From assembly GCA_010093815.1 (NCBI GenBank), contig ML996576.1: 64,000 bases of DNA; one strand, written 5' to 3'. The position numbers were made by a program, and so were the translations under genes. This document shows positions 24,001-36,200 of the stretch, in pieces. The stretch's first letter is position 1. Each line of letters begins with the position of its first letter. The notes under the pieces were generated by a model, which was not told the origin of the DNA, ran no database searches, and saw only the letters and a program-made list of their open reading frames with translations. The DNA comes from Pseudovirgaria hyperparasitica (taxonomy: Eukaryota).

Positions 24001-24920
24001 GTATTATAGACTACTTAGACGAGTGCGTCGTGTATCGTGTACGTAAGCTATTTAAGATTAGCGATAGATATAGATATCTAAGTGTCTACCCTAGAAAGGT
24101 AGGCGTTAACTACTTACTAAATAAGAGTTCGCGAGAGAGAAGTCCATCTCTAGGTATACTACTCTTCCGGCGGCTATACTAGAAGTAGTATTATAGTATA
24201 GAGGGGCTTATAATCTAAGAACTAGTCTAGGGTTTTAACTATAGTTATTTCCGTGTATATATATACTAAGATTAATACTAAATTAATAACGCTACCTTAT
24301 AGGCCCGCCTTTATAGTAGAGCGGGTAATTATCTCTACGGGGAGGCATTAGCGGAGGTTCTTATCTTTAATAATATTAGCTAGGGCGTTTCCCCTTAGAT
24401 TATATAGTCTATAGTACTTAGTTTTATACTTAGGGTCCTAGTCCTTATATCGAGTATTAAAGTCTTCTACTATAACGGTATTAGATTTACGGTACTTCGC
24501 GAGTTTAACTCGTAGCCTTACAACTATGGCTACGTGTTATTAGTTTAGCTAGTATATTAAGGCGATAAGAATGGGTTTACCTTCGCGGCCGCTCGTAAGT
24601 ACTTAGATAGTAGTAAGATAGATACTAGTGTACACCCCTTTCTATATAGAGGTAGCCTATCTCTTAGTAATATAGAGCACGGTTCGTGTCTATTTACCTT
24701 TAGTATAGTTAAAGAGAGCCTAGAAGTATAGGCTTAATTTAATGGTTAGTATGGCTAAGAGGTCTTTCTTCTATTAAATGGTATTAATATATAGCTTAGA
24801 TATAGTAACTATGTCGTATTAGGCTATGTTTAGGCTCTTAAGGAAGGCTCTATATATAATAGATAACTAGGTTACATTATATTAGAGTATTTTAATTTCT
24901 ATCTAGCCATTAATAGGTTC
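21020..24920 (-). pseudogene. LINE ORF2 remnant: AP endonuclease - reverse transcriptase - RNase H; boundaries approximate
   Basis: KIL*YNV (~24890) and YDIV-IS--- are the APE start. RT motifs: YRPIALLNYLDKVL (~23280), AFDHVSH (~23055), IP*GSLLSPVLF (~22890), G*IDDVTL (22805-22782, read as WIDD). RNase H motifs: LYTNA (~22000), YVDNRG (~21745), GIEGNEYIDILAK (~21600). Confidence 0.9.
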
Positions 24921-24949
24921 TAATTCTTTAGAGATCTTACGGTCTATTA

Positions 24950-27280
24950 GTAGCCTTACGTTATCTATCGCGTCGCTTAGAGGTAATTATAGTACTAGCG
25001 TTACCTCCGGTCGTGTTCGTCGGTATCTTTAGAGATATCGTTACTAGCTAAGGAGTCTAACTAGGTATTAAAGTCTTCGTCTACTATGCGTTTAATGTCG
25101 GGTTTAGAGGTAGCCTTATAGTAGAAGGGGTCTAACGTGACCGCGCTAGATATAGTTAAGCTTATTAAGTTAGTATCTAACGTAGCTTCGCTTTCTTTAG
25201 TATAGGGGTTTTTATAGGGGGTGCTACTTAGGTTAGTCGCCGCTAGTTTACTTTTTACAATCCTCCTCCGTTTTACGGTATTAGACGGGTTAAGAAGGCT
25301 ACCTTTAGGGGTGTTATCTCTGACTAGGCGCTTCTTTAGTATTTATTAAGGGGTGGTCCCCGTGCTCTCGGAGCTAGAGCTAGCGTCCTATAATAATATT
25401 TAGTTATTCCCTTTCTAGTCTATAGGTCTAGGGGGATGTCCGTTATTAAGTCGTCGTAGGATTTCTACTTAAATTTACTTCTCCCTTTAAACTATCTTTT
25501 ACGGGATAGTAGTTTTCGCGGTATAGCCGGCTCGGATAGCTACTATCTCTAGCTCTATCTTTTACCTTTCTTTAAGGATAATTACACGGGCCTATACCGC
25601 GTCCTTATCTTCTAGGAGGTCTACTAGTAGGGTAGTAAGATTACTCTTACTTAAACTCCGTGTATACTTCTTATAGCTCTATACTATAGGAGTAGGTGCG
25701 GGGGCTTTAGTCGTGGCTATTACCCTTAGTTTACGGGCTCTAGAGGGGGTTGCTTTTATCCCTCTAGACGTTTATTAAGTTAGGGTTTCTATATTAGGCC
25801 CCTTAGTAGCTATAGTATCTTTATAGATAGAGATAGAGAGACCTACCTCTCGGAAGAACGTAGTAATAGCTTAGGATAGAAGAGTGGACTTATTCTCCTT
25901 CGTTAGGCCGTGTTAAAAAATAGGTATTAGTATAGGCCGTATAGGTAGTTAGAGTTAGAGAGTCCTAGCCTTATCCGGCGCAGCCGGGGCTTAGCGATTT
26001 TTAGGGTTACTAGCTCTCCCTACTTAGTCCGGTTCTCTCTAGTTAGGGGTCGCTATATCTTATATTAAATAGTTACCTATAGATATACTCGTGAGCTTTA
26101 AGGGGGTAGGGACTAGGTATCTTAGAGAGTGTATAGCGCGGCGCTTATTTATAAGTTCTATCTATAGCTTCTTAATAGGGTAGTTATTAGATCTAGCCGT
26201 ATGGCCGTATTCCGAGTAGACTAGGCATTTTTCGCGGTTAGTTTCCTTATTATATAGTAATTTACTATACGGCCCGGAGTACCTCTCGCACTTAACGGGA
26301 CTTATATACTAGGGTCCTTTATATCTATATACCTAGTAGTTAAGGCATTATACGTAGCGGGCGTAACTAATAAAAATTTATATCTAAACTTTAAGTCCTA
26401 TCTAGAATACTAAGCCTAAGTTAAGGGTATTATTTACTAGGGTTAGGGAGGTAAAGGTAATAATAAGTATAGACCTCTACTTATTACTCGCCTTATCCTT
26501 AGTAAGCTATTCTATGTATAAGGCTTTAGCGTTAAGGCCGATTTAGGGGTTATTAAGAAGAAACCTTATAAGGGTTATAGTTTGCCGTGCGTGTCTATTA
26601 GAGAGGACGTCTTTTATAGGGATACCGTAGAGTATGATAGCGTACGTGTCTTCGAGCGTATATACCTTTTATATTAGGGTCCCTTCTAGCTAGGCTATGG
26701 TAAAGGCTTCGAGGAGTAGGTGTAGCTATATACTAATGGATATCTTAATGGCTATAACCCCCTCTAGGGACGTCGTGTATATCTCGAGGTCTCCGGAGGC
26801 GAGGATACGTCCTCTATTAATAGTTACTTAGATACTCTAGTACTCGAGTACTTGGTTAATAGTAGAGTATAGGGTCGCTTTCTTCTCTATACTCTTAAGT
26901 AGAGATAATACGGTTTTATTTCTAATGCGGATCCGGACCTTAAGAGTATTAGACTTAACTAGGGCGGTATTCTAGGGGATATGTACGTGGGTTAGGATTA
27001 CTTAGATAGCGTTAATTAGTTGGTTAATATCTTAAGTCTTATAGGTTAGTCTTCCGTTAAAGGCTTCTTCAGTCCCTTCTACTATTACTAGTGTTAGGTA
27101 TCCGTTCTATCTATATAGAGAGTTCTATCTACGTAATAATTTAATAGGATAGAAGATAGAGTTAATAAGGGTAGCTAAGACGCTAATAGTATATTTCTTA
27201 GATAAGTAGCCTTAGTAGTATACCCGTAGCTACTAGTAGTAAGTATCTAAAGTGGTTACTTATTAAAGTAGTATCATAGA
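24950..27280 (-). pseudogene. LINE ORF1 (gag-like) remnant with three CCHC zinc knuckles; boundaries approximate
   Basis: At ~26350-26170 the minus strand reads tgc ctt aac tac tag gta tat aga tat aaa gga ccc tag tat..., which reverts by C>T/G>A to CLNCQVYGHKGPQC, CERCSGPHSKLLC and CPVCSEYGHTARSNNC. Confidence 0.8.
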
Positions 27281-30200
27281 AGAGTCTAAATTAGTCTCTA
27301 AACGAGGCTATTTCTACGGAATTAGCGGCGGCGATATGGTAACGCGTGTGTCTGGGGGCAAAACACGTATTAATGGGTAGCTGAGCCTCTTGCAAGAATT
27401 ATTGGGCTTGTTTAGGACGTGAAAACGTGTCGTAGAAGTGTGGAATTCTAAAAAATGAGTTTCGCGTGAGAATGATGTTTTCTTCCTTAATCTGGTTGGT
27501 ATCATGGATGGGAGTCCAAAACGCCCAGGCGACGTCGTCGACTCGACAGCACGTCGTCCATGGTGCTCGAGCCCCAAGCCTCTCAACAAAGAATCCTCCG
27601 GCCAAGCTGCCAACGGGCAGTGGTGCAATGCAGATAACATTGTCAGATGACCAAGATGCTGCTGCTATACAGATACCACACAGATAATACCGCTGTGCCT
27701 GGTTCTTTGGCTTGAAACACTGATCAAAATCCATCCTGCCCATCCCCAAAGGGGCGTAGTGAAGCGAGCGAGCTGCAGTCCCTTTAGACTACTACTGCCG
27801 TGGGCCCCTCAAGACTCAACGCTCGCCTTAACCCAGCACCAAAGTGGAATAATGAATGCTCATAATGGCGACGGTGCAGTCCCGTGCCGCAAAAAGGTGA
27901 TCCGACTGGAAACTAAGTGGTTATTTGTCTGGCTCTGGTATAGAGGATTCGCGAATAGGCCGAGACCAGGGCCATCTTTTGTCCACGCCACAAGGTCTTT
28001 GTCGGGCCAGCTCGGTGCCTCCGGGCCGAAGAAGAACCAAATAATTTCATGATACGCGCGACACGAAGGGACGCTACACGAGTACTGTATGCGCTGAAGT
28101 AGAATAGGACGACGAGCTGCGGAGCACGGCGCCGTTGTGAGGCTCGTCGGTCTGGTCTTGAACGAGGCGTGACGCGTGGATTCAAGGAAAACAATAGTTT
28201 TTTACCGCTTCAACCGTGATGATCGACTCGATATCAGCTTTCTCAGCATGGATCCCTTCGCAAGACGACGAGACACGGACGTCTGATTTGCGTCCAGGAT
28301 GCTGTGCGAATGCGAGATTGAGATAGGACTCATTAGAGTGCAAATGGCCGACACGGAACAATATCTGTGTGAAGAATGCGCACTGTGAGGAGGCTAAACG
28401 TGGAGCCGCACAGGACACGCGGCCGAGATTGAGGGTGGGTTTGCAAGCAAGTTCAGCATAAAGCCAAGGCCACGCATGATGGAGATGGACCAATTCATGG
28501 TCTTGTCGGAGGGCCTGACGAGGTCTGTGGTTCGTCGGTTTGTGGTGAATGTTATTGTTGTTGTTGTTAGAGAATTGCTGTGATGGTGGATTTCAAGGTT
28601 CCTGCCGAGCCGTCGCACACACGAGAGACAGAAATGGATATCACGTGCAGAATCTATTATATCTTTCCAAAAAATGGCTCTCATCGACAGGGCGAGAGGA
28701 CGATCCAGTTCATTATCATGCACGTAAAAACATGTCGGTCCTCTGTAGACCTCAAGAAGCAAGTTCGCCGCCACCACGTAGCGGTGCGTCAAATCTGCAG
28801 TGTAGATCTAGGGACCGGGAATGGTTGTGTACTGTACATAGCCCTCACAGGACAGGACAGGACAGGAGAGGACAGGATGCTGACGTCAACACAAAAGCAA
28901 ACAAGTAGTACTATGTACGCATCTTCGACCGAGACAAGCCCCCCAAGAGACCATCCCATTCCCATCCAATCAATGAATCCTTCAAGTCTTTCCTAAGACG
29001 GGAGGAAGTCCTCAGACAAAAAAAGAAAAAATGAATAAGAAAAAAGCAACGACAGCATTGCCAGATGCGACCATGATTCAGACGAACATGTTCACAAAAC
29101 GGGAGGCAGGAGGCGGGCTCTGCCTGTTTCATGTTGCTCCCTTGGGACTATCTGAGTCGTTCTCGAAGCATGCAGGAGGAGACATAAATAATTATTAGCT
29201 TCAACCTTTTCGACACGTCCGTATTAACACGAGATTAAGTCTAGCAGCAATGCGCCTCTGAGGTAGCTGGTACCATCTTCTTATGACAAAGCGTCACCAG
29301 ACCACCACTGGCAGACCGATATCGTGGCCGGTACGGTACGTAGGGCTCGTAGCACACACACACACGCACACACATACACACAATCTGGGAAACGGCCAAA
29401 GCGGTGGCTGATCTCAAGATGGGGTCTCAGATGGTCTCAGATGGGCAGATGGTCCTACCGTCATCGTCGTTGTCAGGACTCTCTCAGGGCTGACTATCTC
29501 ATCTCACACGCCGTCCGCCACAAAATGGATGCGCACGGAGCAAGAACGCCATCGTCTTTTTCATCATACCCCACATTTCATCTCTCGACGGTTTCTATTC
29601 CGGGATGACCCTGGTTTCAAGAGCGAACAAAAGATCTTTTGAGGTTCATGGGCCGTTGGATGGTCAGGACAGGGCATATGCATATAACGCACACGCCAGA
29701 CGATGAATGGGATCCACTTTCCGAAACTCACGCTCGGAACGGAGTCGAGCTCAGGCGTGCAAGGAGTCAACATGTGTGTGTGTGGGAGGTGGAGCGGCAG
29801 AGAATTCTGCAACACCCCGGCCCTAGGTACGTACCCTTACAAAGCAGCATCACATCACCAGGACTACCATCAAGACATACAAGGAGGCACGTCCACCCCC
29901 GCGCTCAGATCGGCACAGGCAGCAGACGACGCCACGCGAGGTGGCTGACTTGTCCGGCATATATGAAAGACAAGACTGCTGTTTTTAAATAGAAAGATGT
30001 CTGGGGGCAACTTGGTGGCTTGCAGGAGGCGAGGTCGGCAGTCGTCGTCGTGGTCGGAGAAGCAGCTCGATTTGATTGTACATCCGAGCTGCCACGCGAA
30101 CGAGAGACATGATGCGGCGTAGGTAGAATGGAATGGGGCAGAAAGTGTGGAGGACAGGGCCGTATAGACAGATTCTACAGATATGAGGGCGGCACACGCA

Positions 30201-33200
30201 CACATCAGCCGGCGCCGGACCGGTACTTGGACATAGCCCTGGAGGAAGGCCTGAAAGTGAACCTGGGCCGGCAGGGAAATGAGTCCATGTGTGTTTGTGA
30301 GTGTGTGCTGTAAGAATGTATGTGTGGTGAGTGTATGGTGTGTGTGTGGTGTGTGTGTGGTAGGGACGAGTCATGAGGAGTGGTGACATGTTCCATCAAA
30401 TCTGAGCCGGCGCCCCCAAGGTTGCCGGGAGTCGCCAAAAGCGGGTGGGCTGGAAGTGCCTGAAGTGCCTGTTTTGCCAGTGGACGGTGCCTGAGTCTGG
30501 GCTGACCTGCCCACGACTTGTCTGGGGGGGAGTTTTCGGCGTTGTCGTCCAGCTGCTGTTCCCTTCCCGAGCTGCCACCAGGACCCCCCCCCCTCCTCCT
30601 CCGCCAAAGCCCAATAACATCAACCCAGAGAAGTTGCAAGGTCGGTGCAAGGTGCAAGGTGGCGCACATATCCAGCATTCTAGCATCCTTCTAGGGCTTC
30701 ACGCCAGGCATCCCCGGTCCTCTCGTCCCTCCTTAATTCTCCGTCCAACGCAGAAGTCTGCCCAATAACACGACTGAACGATCCACGACTCATGAACTGC
30801 TGCTGCTAACAAGTAAGTGTTCTATACTACGTACGCAGGTACAGCACTGCCGATAGTATATTAAGAAGCCCTGAGTGGAGGAAAGCGGACAAGGGGGGGT
30901 GGGAAGAGAGAAGTGGGCGAAGCGGCCGAAGCAGGGAATGACTGGGTCAACACAGCAGCGGTCAGTGTGGACAGTGGTCAGTGACGAGGTTTGGAGGAGC
31001 AGCGTACGGATCGTGCTCCGGCTGCTCAGATTCGATCGTATTCGGATTCCAATGTATCATCTTATTGCGCTTCACCAAAACCCATCTTTCCTGATGTCGA
31101 AGTAAAAACATGCACATGAGAATTGATGGAAGGCCAGCCGACGAGTACTGACCGAGCGGGGAGGGGGCAATATTTCCCCATGTATTGATCCATCGATTCT
31201 AGCAATTCATGAGTCCATGAATCCATGCGAGTCTGCTGCAGCCCTGGCAATGATCTGTGCAGTTGGGCAACGCGTTATTCGAATTCCTGGCATCACAAAC
31301 ACGTGCAAATATGCAATAGATAGAGACACGCCCTATGACTTTGGGCAGGCATACTGTACCTATCAGCAGCTATCATCCATCCCATCACCAATATCGTGCC
31401 GTCTATCGACGACACGAGGAGACTAACACCACCTGTAGATGTTAGTCTCATACGTGATCAGCATTTTACCAATTCAGATCTATGGCGTATCCTGTCCCAA
31501 GCGCACTGTGCTGCAAATCTCCTCGTGTGCGCCATCTCCGCCTCTACCTCTCTGCCTTAATGCTCTCTTTCCTCACTACACACTGCCCACTCTGTCGCAC
31601 CACAATACCACATGCATGTCAGGATCCGGTCCACGCCTATTTAGTTATATCCTCTCAACTCAACTCACTTTTCGTCCTGGCCCGCATGACAAAGCCTGCA
31701 TCTAGTACGCTAGCCAATTGGAGAGAAGTACGAGATTTTGGGGGGGTGGGCTTGCTGCAGCACACACACAGCTAATCAACGACGTTGGCTTTGCCATCCT
31801 GTTCTCCCCCCCCTAAATCCTTCGAAAATCTGCCGCCTCGCTCGCTGATTGGTCCGTATCCCCCCATTCTTCACTCCCTCATGAAAAAACCTTTTAGCTG
31901 CACTGCACGCACTCTCACACTCTGCCAAAAGGCGGTGATAGAGTCGCCAGCACATACACGGTATTTGTTGTAGGAGGAGAATCCGAGCACTATTACACCC
32001 ACATATCCCCACACATACATCCCTTCCTGCATGCATGCAGCAATTCTCAAATCCAGCATTTTCACTTCAAAATCTTAATTATGGGCCCCCCTTCTCAACC
32101 CCACCTGCGACCTCCTGCAGATGCTGTCTTCAAACACGGCCTGCAGACTCTCCATGGAACGAACATACATACATACTCCTCATGCAGTACTGTCATCATC
32201 GTCGTCATGTTTTCATCATCATTAAACGACGTCTTCTCTGATGGAGTGGCAGATGCGCCATGAAATACTTGCTGATGATGCGTGAACTCGGAATACTATC
32301 CCCATAACCACAATCATACACAGCCCAATTCTCAAACTCCCCTCCTCAACCATCTCCACCACGTTCCTAAGCTCCTAACATCGATGCCCATGTTTCGTTC
32401 CTCCGTTCGTGCGTGCAGCTGCGTGCGTGTCCTCCCATCCGGGCCGAAAGACTTTGTCCTGGATCTAGGGTGTTCAGGCCCTATCCTATCTATCTAACTA
32501 AATGCCCCTCATCGAATGATATCCTGATAGCTCATGGCAATATCGCATCTCTGCACTGCACTCGAATCACCCCACATGACGGCAGTAAGAGCAACAAGCA
32601 ATAGTGACAGTACGTAACAGCAGCAGTAGTAACAGTAAACACCATCATCCTTCTCCGATACGGCCTCCAGCTACCTACCAAGGCTACCTAGGCTAGCTGG
32701 ACTCCATGGAGCATCTGCCAGTGACAGTCGGACAAGATACGATGAGTAAGCAAACACTCTCAAGCACTCAGCCTGTCCGCCTAGGTGAGTAGCTTCTCCT
32801 CCAGCGCCAACTCACATGACCGTCCGACGCTGCACGAATCCATGCACGTCGCCCATGTCCTCCTCCCTGTAATTAATTAGTCCACAGGCTTGTCTACCTA
32901 GTCCCAATCCCAGTCCCAGTCCTACTACTCCCAGTCCTCCTCCTACCACAGTACACACCCCTACTTCTCAGGTAGTCCTGGTTCGGATTTGCGCATCCCC
33001 GTCCGCGACCCGCCGCCGCCGTGCGCCGCGCTCGCATCTCCGCGTTTATTTCATTTAGCGGGGTCCGGTGTGGGAATACGCTGTAATACTGCAGTGCTGC
33101 GCACGACGAATCAGGTAATCCGGGAATGCGTACGTGAGACCTGAGTGAGGAGGTGAGGGAGTGAGTAAGCAGGTACGTACGTAGGTACGAGTACTATGTA

Positions 33201-36200
33201 CCTGGGTAAGCACGTGATTGCTCGGATTCGTGATGAGATGGGAAGGATTCATTATGCTGTATTTAATTAATTATTCTCATCTTATTCCTGGGCAAGGGAG
33301 GTTGCCAATCGGCTCGTTGCGCATCGCGTGGGTTTGTTTGTCTACTGCCTGTCTGTCTACTACTTGTCCACTGTCATGTGTTTGTCTGTCAGTCTGTCTG
33401 CCTGTCAAAAGCCCCCTTACCTCATACGACAACAATAACAACCATAAACAACCGCCTAAACTAACCAAAAACAACCCGCACGCCATGAATCAGCAAACCC
33501 CAAATCTGCCCTATCTGCCGTATCCGCCAAATCTTCCCCGTGAAATTAATTAAAAAAGTGCTTGGCTTCGGCCTCGATTCCGACCGTTATTTTCTGTATC
33601 GGTTTCGCTAATTAGCGCCTCTCTATCTGTCCTCGCTATCTCTATCTATCTCCCGACTTTCTATCTCCCATACAAACCACACACAAACCACCCGTCTGGA
33701 CCGTCTGGGGGGCATACAACACCATAATCTGGGGGCGAGTTGCCAGTCTTTGGTACGGACTAGGTGACTACGTGACTAACTAGCTGATTGATTAATTGAG
33801 TGGTTAAATTGATATTCCCCGGGAGTTTTGTGTGGTGGTCGTCGTCTATGGCTTACCCCGGAGTTTTTAGTCGCGATTTGCCGCTGCCGCTGCTGGAGGG
33901 CCTGGAATTGATTCTTGCTGTGGTGGTTGATGGGTGCGGGTTGAGTGCTGAGTCTAGGCAGGTAGTCAGTCGGGCAGTAATCTGATGTCCTGGAAAAGTG
34001 CAGATCGAGCAGAAACACGGGCAGCAGTCACTTTCTACTCCCTCTCTCTCTCTCTCGATCTTCATCCCCATCTTCCGCTCTTAGATCACGAAGGCGTCAG
34101 GCCAGTCTCACTGCAGTAGTTCACACGACTAGCGATCAGTCAGTCACTTACTCACTCCCGTCGTGCTGCCTAACCTAACCTCCATACCCTACTAACCTAC
34201 TAAATGACCTACTAACCTCCCTCCCTCCCTCCATGATAACCCAACAACCACAAACCGCAACCAATTCAGCCCCATGGGTAGCTCCTCCTCCTCCACCATC
34301 CACCACCCTCCATCTCATCCCATCCATCCATGCCCCGGAATACGCTCCGGGAGAGATGCTAAGCTAACTAACTAACGAAGCAAGCCATCGTTCACGCCCT
34401 ACGGCCTCGGCCTCGGCCTCGACTCCGCCTGGCCATCTTTAGCATCGACATCGACATCAGCAACACGAATAGAAAATTTGGTACGCTATTTTCTTGTTCA
34501 TCTCGGGTTTTTTGTTAGAGGTATCTCCTTGTCTGATCACTGCTGCTTTGGGGGAGGAGGTTGAGTGACTGGGAGGCCTGGTTTGGGAATGGTTTGGGTA
34601 TAGTGCTTATGATAAGGTGTATTCGTGCCTTAGGCTGCAATGTGGTGGGAAGCAGTTCTCGGTGCCTTAGGCTGCAGCAATGCTTTAGCTTTTGCCTTGC
34701 TGATGATCAGTGATCTCCCTGATGATGATCCACTACTTGCACGACGTCTTGCACGACATCTGCAGCGAATGTGAAGATGGCGTCATCTCCTGTTGGGCTG
34801 CATTCTGGAGTCATGCCAAAGATTGCTTACTTGAGAGTCGCGTCCTGGGAAGAAACTTACAAAGCAAAGATGATACACGGTACCTTGGTAGTAGGTGAGT
34901 AATGTGCATAACAGCTCCCGACACATGATTAGCCAAACCACTGAGAACTCGCGGCGCAGGGATAATATGCTCGTCTTCGGCTTCGTCTTCGCCATCGTCA
35001 CAATTCTCTTGGTCGAGTTTTGTGCTGTGTCAGTAGGTCGGAGACCTCGACACGGGCACTGGACAGTCATCGCGCACGAGCGACTCATGCCAGTACAAGT
35101 GTACAACTTTGCGATGCATGTCTGTTTTCTGACTGGCACGGAGATGGATGGGTCTAGGACAAGACGCTGTCTGTTTATGCTTGTGTTCTGACTGTTCGCT
35201 GGTGTCAACACAATATCAATATTACAGCATGAAAGGCTTAGAGATCGACATGCCGTGGCAAGCCTCCATTCGCATTCGCCTTCAACATCCATCGCAAGTC
35301 GTCGTTTCAGCCAGGCACGTCGCATCTTCACGCTCAACCACACCGTCGCCTCCCATCACATCTCGTGCTTCTCGCAGCAGCAATGCTCACTCCCAGCTAT
35401 CTCCGAGACGGCAGACTGAGACATGCTGCGAATCACTAGTGGAGGGTGGTGGCTTGAGCGGAGGGGGCAATGGGCAGTGAGGAGTAAGCAGTGAGGGAGG
35501 GAGTAGGAGTAGTAGGCGGCGGATCCGAGGTTCCCTGCCTCACACGCGAGCGCATAGACGCCAGATCTGCATCTCACAGATCCGACTATCCAACGTGATG
35601 GGTGATGGACGATGGGTGATCGCCACGAGTCGAACGTTCTCATGGCGCTGCTTCTTGTCCGTGCGCCCCATCACGTTCTGCTGGTGCTATGGCTGCTCAC
35701 TGCTGTTGTCTACATGTCTGGTGCGGTCGCGGGTCCCAGCACCACCGGCCAGCACGGGGCTCCCGATGCGCATCGCGGAGGCAATAGCTTGTCCGCCTAC
35801 CTCACAGTCCGCTCTTGTCTGTCTGTCCCTGATCATGCTCTCGACAACACGTCGAAGATGCGGACATTCCTGTTCGCTCAGACGACTTGTCTATCGATTC
35901 TACTAATGTGGACTGTCACTATTATGGCTGGATGTCACCAGCAGCAGGGATCCCTCCCTCCAGGGCCGACAGAGCAGGCGGTCAGTCTGGTATCTCATTC
36001 AACGTGATATCTCAAAGCGTTGAGGCAGACTCACAAGCTAGACCAAAACGCTCAAGACTGTCAACCAAGACCCCTACTGAGGAGTCAAGACGTTGATAGC
36101 AGCTACTTAGTAGCCCTATCTGCAGCACCAGCACCAACGCCAGCGCCAGCACCAGCGGTAGAAGGCTGAAGTGTCCAGCTAAGAAGCCCTAGAAGGATGG

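Larger units (their letters stand above)
19829..27500 (-). mobile_element. Full-length non-LTR retrotransposon (Tad1-like LINE), heavily RIP-mutated, bounded by an 18-bp TSD
   Basis: TTCCTTAATCTGGTTGGT occurs at 19829-19846 and 27483-27500; (GGTT)n tail to 19860. The interior is TpA-rich and CpA/TpG-poor, with no ORF-track entries from 19.6 to 27.3 kb. Decayed gag-like, endonuclease, RT and RNase H motifs appear in order on the minus strand. Confidence 0.95.

Noticed and set aside
34700..36010. Possible small spliced gene (acidic DDGEDEAEDEH stretch and splice-like signals on minus; 131 aa ORF on plus)
   Set aside because: Could not assemble a consistent exon chain or recognise any motif; needs RNA-seq.
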